This document shows, in pieces, positions 58,904-64,000 of a stretch of 64,000 nt of DNA. The stretch spans positions 19,291 to 83,290 of the forward strand of contig DASVDJ010000159.1 in assembly GCA_036381155.1 (NCBI GenBank), in the 5' to 3' direction. The notes below the pieces were generated by a model. That model was not told the DNA's origin and made no database searches. It saw nothing but the letters and a program-made list of their open reading frames with translations. The position numbers were made by a program, and so were the translations under genes. Within the stretch, counting starts at the first letter, position 1; the number at the start of each line of letters is the position of its first letter. The stretch comes from Vicinamibacterales bacterium. Lineage in GTDB: Bacteria; Acidobacteriota; Vicinamibacteria; Vicinamibacterales; JAENWD01.

Positions 58904-61318
58904 ATGACCGTGAATAGCCTGCGCAAACGCGCATGGCACTTCGGCTTTAGAGTCCGGTTCGGCGTCCGCAAGCTTGTGACTCTTGCGCGCAAAGTGATCC
59001 CGAGTTTCGATGTTGCCCTTCGGGCTGCGCTGTTCGTCGGCACGGCACTTGGTCTTGGGGCATTCATCAACGCCGCCGCCGACCTCAGTCGTCTCACAGC
59101 GGAAACGTTGATCAATGTGCTGATCGCCATGGGGACGATGTTCGGCGGTGTGCTTGCAATCGTGTTTGCATTATCGAGCTTCATGCAACAGAACGCGGCA
59201 GATCTGTACTCATCGCAGTTCTACGAGGTGTACGCTCGGGATTGGCGAGAGAAACTGATCTTCAGTGCGATTGCCGTACTGACGGTTCTTTCCTTCGCGC
59301 TCGCCATTTTTCAGGACACCGCGATCGTCCCGTTGCGACCGTCTTTCTTGGTGTACGTGATCCTGCTTGTAACTGCTGCCGTTTTCGCGCTCGTCGATTG
59401 GCAGTACAAGCTGGTCACCAAGAAGATCAACCCGCTGATCGCCCTGGCGTTTCTCGAACGACAGTGCATGAAGTCTCTTGAGTCCGCACACGATCTCGCT
59501 AAACACCTCGCGTCCTGGCTGCGGATCAGCAATGAACAGCTCACCGAAGAGCAAGCATTGGCTGTCAGTTACAGCCGATTCGTCGCACCGTATCTGACAC
59601 ACGTAGATCGTCAGCTTGATCATCTCACCGAGATTTCGCTCCGGCTGGCCGCGAAAGGCGAGCTGCTGGCGACGCAGAGAGGGCTAGCGAGCGCGCACAA
59701 CGTCTTAGCAAAGTACCTACAATTCCGAAAGGATTCGTCGCTTGCGATACCTGCGGGTCCGTACTTGATGGCGGTTGAAAGCGATAGCCAATGGTTCTTG
59801 GCAAGAACGTTCCAGCGAATTAACACAGCCGGCGAAATGTTGATGGCTCAACGTCAGTCCGCATCGGTTGTTTTCCTCATGGATCTGTACGCTTCGTTGG
59901 CTACGTATGCGAAAGAGGTGCAATTCCTCAATCGCCCCGGTGAAAACCCGATTATCGACCAACTGAGAGGTTACATGAGCGGCCTCTTGGACGCCGCGAT
60001 TCGAGTCGATGATGTGGAGGTCTGTTTTCGAAGCGTCGCTGTGTCACGAGCGATTGGGACTGCGGCGGTTGAGCGCAAGCTCCACTCAGCCACGCGGTGT
60101 GCAGTCTACGGCGACCTTACGAAGGTCGCGATGTGGGCGATCGCAAGCAAGAAGCCCGTGTTTATCGAACACTGCACGGATGCCATGGTTCAGTTGATCG
60201 GCAAGTCAATCAATGACGATGGTTCTGGGCTCGACACCGAGCTGGCCGAAGCGTTCGATCGGCTCACCACGATAACGAGCACGATGTATACGGCTGTATC
60301 CGCCGGACTGGTGCCCAGCGCTATCGACACTCAAATCATGGTTGGTAAGTGTTACGGGCAATTGGCGGCAGTACTCGCGGCCGTGGTTGATCGATACGAA
60401 CGCCTGATAGAGGGACACGAGAAACGAGCGCTGGGGTGGAACCTCGCCGCGTGCTTCAAAGCACTATACCGAAGCCTTCGAGAGATGTCGGAGGTGCTGA
60501 AGAACTGCGACGCTCCGGTCGTGTTCAATATTGCATCCCTGATCGAGGAAATCCTCAAGATGTTGGTTCGCCTCTCGACCGACACGAAGGGGCTACGTGA
60601 GCGCCACGAGTTTGAAAAGCAGTTGAGCTGGTACGTCCACCTGCCGGGTTGGTTTGTAGAGCATGCCAGCAACGTCACGTTAACAGATGCGTTCGACACA
60701 CTGGCCGACATCGGTCCAAAGGTTGGACTCCAGCTTCTGCACCGCAACGCTCCGTCGGACTCCATTGTGAAATGCGCCCAGGCAGCGTTCTCCATAACGA
60801 AACAGATGCTAGCGAAGCTTAAAGGTGGATACGCGTACGCTGAGCCACGTCACATGCTGACGGTGTGCTACTTGGGCATCGTCGCATTGAAACAGGGAGC
60901 CATCGGAAGTGGTGTTGTCCAGGCAATCCTATCGATGGTTCGAGAGTTCGAGGAACTCTACCGCAAGAAGTACTTCAGCACGTTTACACCACCGGCCGGC
61001 AATTACATGGACCCGAGGCCGCAGCAACTGATGGTGGAGGTGCTTCGCTGGAGAAGCGATGTCATTCGTGAGCGATACAACATCCCGCCACTGTTGGACC
61101 GCTCGCGCGACATCGTGCGCCAGATGGTCGACGTTGCTGACATTGATCGGTTCATTTTTGAGGTGTGGCGCATGGTGCCATCAGACAGTCCGATCAAGGC
61201 TGAATTGACGGACCGGCAGCGCCGCCACGTTCTGATGCTGAGATTGTTGCGTCTCTTGAGTGCTGAACTGCAACGGCGGCAGCCCGTAAATGCACCTGCA
61301 CAGACAGACGACGCTTAA
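58904..61318 (+). CDS. orphan 804-aa protein: four N-terminal TM helices plus a long helical cytoplasmic region; no family recognised
   Basis: Track ORF trimmed to MTVNSLRKRAW at 58904 with GGGGA upstream. TM segments: ALFVGTALGLGAFINAAA, LINVLIAMGTMFGGVLAIVFAL, LIFSAIAVLTVLSFALAIF, FLVYVILLVTAAVFALV. Spot GC counts are 48-62% (about mid-50s) against about 70% for the host. It is the only plus-strand gene in the island. Confidence 0.75.
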   Translation: MTVNSLRKRAWHFGFRVRFGVRKLVTLARKVIPSFDVALRAALFVGTALGLGAFINAAADLSRLTAETLINVLIAMGTMFGGVLAIVFALSSFMQQNAADLYSSQFYEVYARDWREKLIFSAIAVLTVLSFALAIFQDTAIVPLRPSFLVYVILLVTAAVFALVDWQYKLVTKKINPLIALAFLERQCMKSLESAHDLAKHLASWLRISNEQLTEEQALAVSYSRFVAPYLTHVDRQLDHLTEISLRLAAKGELLATQRGLASAHNVLAKYLQFRKDSSLAIPAGPYLMAVESDSQWFLARTFQRINTAGEMLMAQRQSASVVFLMDLYASLATYAKEVQFLNRPGENPIIDQLRGYMSGLLDAAIRVDDVEVCFRSVAVSRAIGTAAVERKLHSATRCAVYGDLTKVAMWAIASKKPVFIEHCTDAMVQLIGKSINDDGSGLDTELAEAFDRLTTITSTMYTAVSAGLVPSAIDTQIMVGKCYGQLAAVLAAVVDRYERLIEGHEKRALGWNLAACFKALYRSLREMSEVLKNCDAPVVFNIASLIEEILKMLVRLSTDTKGLRERHEFEKQLSWYVHLPGWFVEHASNVTLTDAFDTLADIGPKVGLQLLHRNAPSDSIVKCAQAAFSITKQMLAKLKGGYAYAEPRHMLTVCYLGIVALKQGAIGSGVVQAILSMVREFEELYRKKYFSTFTPPAGNYMDPRPQQLMVEVLRWRSDVIRERYNIPPLLDRSRDIVRQMVDVADIDRFIFEVWRMVPSDSPIKAELTDRQRRHVLMLRLLRLLSAELQRRQPVNAPAQTDDA

Positions 61319-61586
61319 TTAAACTAAGCTAATCAATTATCGCGAAGTCGTAGCTGAACTTAGAGATGTGTGGGCGCATCAATCGCCTCCTACGGGTGCG
61401 GCGCGCGGAATCCGCTCGCCTCACCGAAGCATCGCAGAGCGCGAAGGCTCGCCTCCTTCCACGGATGAGCTTAGCGTAAACTGATCCCGGCCGCCCAGAG
61501 GGGACGATGCCCCACCGCCTCCGGCGCTGGGTTTTCGACGAGCCGCCGAGAATGGTCGTCGCAGCGGGTGATCTTGGAAACGACCC

Positions 61587-62543
61587 TCAGGTGAGTAGAC
61601 CGCCCCGCGCGAGTCCGCCGATTGGTTCGCGGCCATAGCGTCTCGCCCGCCGCAGCTTGTCCAGTAGTTCCCGCTCGGACCATGGCGGCTGGCATCGAGT
61701 GTTCCAGTCGCTGATCGCACGGAGCGCCTGATCATCTCCAAGCGCGAACCCGCGCACGAGCCGACAGCACACGCGGAACGTGTGGGCGTCGCCGTGCTGA
61801 CCGGCGATGGCCGGCGGCACGCGCTCGAGATATCGGCGCGCCCGGTCCACGGTACTGCGTTCATCGACTCGAAGAGAGGTAGCACGCGCCGGCGCCGGCG
61901 CCCGCACGACTGGCGGCGTCGCGTCGCACCGGGCAGCGTCGCGGGACACTTGCACCGCGGGAAAATCTGGCGGGGTGTACACGCGGTCCAGACGTCCGTA
62001 CTCGACGGTCACGAGGTGAGCGGACGCGTACTTGTGGTTGTTGAAGCCCGGCAGCCGGGTGGTCTGCGTCGCCGGCGTCGCGGCAGGATCCGTATCGAGT
62101 TCGCTGGCGAGCCTTTTCTGGAGCGCCTCGATGCAGTGAGGTTCGAAGGCGGTCACCCGCCAGAAGATGTGAACGCGGTTCGGCGATGAATGCAGGATGT
62201 ACGACGGCTCTGGCAGATCGGATCGGGCGGCGATGCGCGCGAGGACGCCTGGGCCATCACGATCCGCCTCCAGGAACGCATGGCGGATCGCGCCCACGGA
62301 GTCGCGCGTCCGCGTCCGCTTCCATGGCGCAATTGCGTTCACGCCGCAGTACACGTTGAACTTCTGCGAGTTCTTGAATCGGAGCCACGCCTGGAAGCGC
62401 GGATGCATCACCCAGTCGAGCGGCCCGACGCGCTGGGTGACCTGTCCCGTCTCGTACGACTTCAGGAAGATCGCGACCCAATCGTCGGGTTCGAACGCGG
62501 TCTGAAGGAATCTGAGCGGCGCCTCAGGGTCGATGGCAGCCAA
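61587..62543 (-). CDS. RepB-family DNA primase-like protein with PriCT-like C-terminal domain
   Basis: NVYCGVN...IRHAFLEADRD...PEPSYILHSSPNRVHIFWRV...TRLPGFNNHK follows the RepB-primase pattern. The C-terminal GDAHTFRVCCRLVRGFALGDDQALRAISDWNTRCQPPWSEREL is primase-C-terminal-like. Confidence 0.6.
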   Translation of the reverse strand: MAAIDPEAPLRFLQTAFEPDDWVAIFLKSYETGQVTQRVGPLDWVMHPRFQAWLRFKNSQKFNVYCGVNAIAPWKRTRTRDSVGAIRHAFLEADRDGPGVLARIAARSDLPEPSYILHSSPNRVHIFWRVTAFEPHCIEALQKRLASELDTDPAATPATQTTRLPGFNNHKYASAHLVTVEYGRLDRVYTPPDFPAVQVSRDAARCDATPPVVRAPAPARATSLRVDERSTVDRARRYLERVPPAIAGQHGDAHTFRVCCRLVRGFALGDDQALRAISDWNTRCQPPWSERELLDKLRRARRYGREPIGGLARGGLLT

Positions 62544-62556
62544 GGTTCGATCCCCG

Positions 62557-63039
62557 CTATTGCTTCGTCAGCACGACCTGACCGGCGAACACCGCCGCGT
62601 TGCAGTCGGTGCCCGTGAAGTCGGCTTCAATCCGGGTGGCCTGCGCAGTGCCACTGCTCCCGAACGTCCCCGTGCAACCGCGCGGTGACGAGAACGTTCC
62701 CTGCGTGCTGATCCCCGTAGGCGGGGTGTTGCCTGGCGAGATCGCCGTCGTGGCAGTAGTCGTCATGTTCAGCCAGGGATGTTCCGACCGGATCGTGCTG
62801 TTGAACGACTGACGGTTCGAGTTGGGCATCACCTCGAACGTCCACGTGATCGGCCCGCTCGTGGGCGGAGCCGCACCTGGGGCATGCGGGTTGACCTGGA
62901 TTGTTACCGTCCCCCGCCACGTACCCGAGAGGAAGGACTGCTCCGACGGTGACGTCGGCGACCCCTCCCGCCCACACGCGGCAAGAGCCATCAAAGCGAT
63001 CAGCGGCCACCACGCGGCCCGACGTCTCCAGTGCGTCAT
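62557..63039 (-). CDS. lipoprotein of unknown function
   Basis: ATG at 63039 with a GGAGGTGA RBS; an upstream GTG at 63051 is also possible. Lipobox is LMALAAC. Confidence 0.6.
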   Translation of the reverse strand: MTHWRRRAAWWPLIALMALAACGREGSPTSPSEQSFLSGTWRGTVTIQVNPHAPGAAPPTSGPITWTFEVMPNSNRQSFNSTIRSEHPWLNMTTTATTAISPGNTPPTGISTQGTFSSPRGCTGTFGSSGTAQATRIEADFTGTDCNAAVFAGQVVLTKQ

Positions 63040-63047
63040 CGTCGGAC

Positions 63048-64000
63048 TCACCTCCGAAACGAGCGCTCATCCCGGCGCGCGTCTGCCGCCGCGCCGTCCA
63101 GGGTCTCTAGCTCGAAGCGTTCCGACGCAGGATCGTACCCGCGAATCCCGACAACTTCCGTCACCTTCCGAAGCCCATCCACACGTGCAATGTGCACGAC
63201 GAGGTGGATCGCCAGCGAGATGGCTTCGCGGACGCTGCGATGCGGCAGGCCCACGTTCGCCGTGAGTACGCAGTGGGCGAGGCGTGTGAGCGCCTGCTCC
63301 GCTGAGTTGGCGTGGATGGTGCTCAAGCTGCCGAGGTGGCCGGTGTTCAACGCCTGGAGCAGGTCGAACGCTTCGGGACCGCGCACCTCGCCGACAAGAA
63401 TCCGATCCGGGCGGTGACGTAGCGTGGCACGGACGAGATCGGAAATCGTCACGGCCGGCACTGGGGTCTCCTGGCCGAGTGGGATCTGAGCACGTCGGGC
63501 CTCGAACCGGACGAGGTTCGGCTTGTCGATGAGAATCTCCGAGGTCTCCTCGATGAGCACGATGCGATCGCCCTCAGGAATCTTCGCGGCGAGCGCGTTG
63601 AGCAGTGTCGTCTTGCCGGTACCGGTCCCTCCTGAGATGAGGATGTTCCTTCGGTCGTCGACCGCACGCCGGAGCCGTGCGGCGACGTCCTCACTGAGCG
63701 TGCCGACTGAAACCAGCTCGTCCAGCGTGTACCGGTGCGCGAACTTCCGCACGGTCAGCGTCGGTCCGTCGACGGAGCAGGGCGGAAACATTGCCGCCAC
63801 TCGTGACCCGTCTTCGAGGCGCGCGTCCAGCATCGGCTGGTGATCGGAGATCTCGTCCCCGCATGCTCTCGCGATGTTCTTGATGGCCACGGTCAGGTTC
63901 CGGACCTCCAGCGTCCGATCGGGCACCGCCTCCACGAGGCCGTGCCGCTCGACGAACACCCGCGTGCCGCCTCCGTTCACCATCACCTCGGTGACGCTCG
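63048..64000 (-). CDS. VirB11/CpaF(TadA)-type secretion ATPase, 5' end probably outside window
   Basis: Walker A is GGTGTGKTT. RILVGEVRGPEAFDLLQALNTGHLGSLSTIHANS is present. The frame is still open upstream of the ATG at 63986 (..SVTEVMVNGG). Confidence 0.85.
   Translation of the reverse strand, partial: SVTEVMVNGGGTRVFVERHGLVEAVPDRTLEVRNLTVAIKNIARACGDEISDHQPMLDARLEDGSRVAAMFPPCSVDGPTLTVRKFAHRYTLDELVSVGTLSEDVAARLRRAVDDRRNILISGGTGTGKTTLLNALAAKIPEGDRIVLIEETSEILIDKPNLVRFEARRAQIPLGQETPVPAVTISDLVRATLRHRPDRILVGEVRGPEAFDLLQALNTGHLGSLSTIHANSAEQALTRLAHCVLTANVGLPHRSVREAISLAIHLVVHIARVDGLRKVTEVVGIRGYDPASERFELETLDGAAADARRDERSFRR

Noticed and set aside
58498-58917. 139-aa plus-strand ORF, including a possible 72-aa MAICSSLLALPAGLLLAALC... 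peptide, upstream of the 804-aa gene.
   Set aside because: No RBS and Arg/Pro/Gly-rich composition. It overlaps the iteron-like repeats and the start of the 804-aa gene out of frame. More likely non-coding.
61421-61885. 154-aa minus-strand ORF and small ORFs in the 61319-61586 gap.
   Set aside because: It overlaps the 3' end of the primase-like gene out of frame. It has no RBS and a Ser/Arg/Gly-rich composition. The gap more likely holds convergent transcription ends.

Overview
This is a 64-kb, very GC-rich bacterial chromosome segment (about 70% GC from spot counts on single 60-nt lines). The gene content suggests an Acidobacteriota-like origin, which is inference only: an ADOP-type FtsX permease remnant, a CarboxypepD_reg-type TonB-dependent receptor, TPR/CRTAC1 pairs and many secreted enzymes.

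Bases 1-50.2 kb look like ordinary chromosome. They contain:
- a sugar/inositol-type catabolic cluster with a Na+/solute symporter;
- an SOS mutasome split in two, with imuA-imuB at 8.1-10.6 kb and dnaE2 at 17.4-20.8 kb. A 6.8-kb sugar-acid oxidation block separates them, and both halves carry the same CGAA-N7-CGAA motif inside sigma70-like promoters;
- a bacterial SET-domain gene;
- a PBP-like/SpoIID/HExxH fusion protein;
- a thioester alpha-2-macroglobulin operon (GT2, DUF1175, A2M, membrane protein), bracketed by two inverted copies of an unusual element with short-tandem-repeat arms;
- msrPQ;
- two tandem TPR+CRTAC1 pairs and a TonB-dependent receptor.

At 50,246 an initiator tRNA-fMet gene marks the start of a lower-GC integrated element that runs to the window end. 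It contains:
- a large serine recombinase whose ORF reads into the tRNA;
- a co-directional block of unknown genes, including two SpoVG-like paralogs and a DUF932-like gene;
- three two-tier stem-loops with compensatory base changes;
- a decayed ADOP permease;
- an orphan 804-aa membrane protein at mid-50s % GC;
- a RepB-like primase, a lipoprotein and a VirB11/CpaF-type ATPase.

The best candidate for something undescribed is the block of unknown genes in this island, namely the SpoVG-like paralogs with their structured repeats. The orphan membrane protein is the second candidate.

Most long track ORFs that overlap the listed genes are GC-driven artefacts. All family names come from motif recognition by eye; no searches were run.
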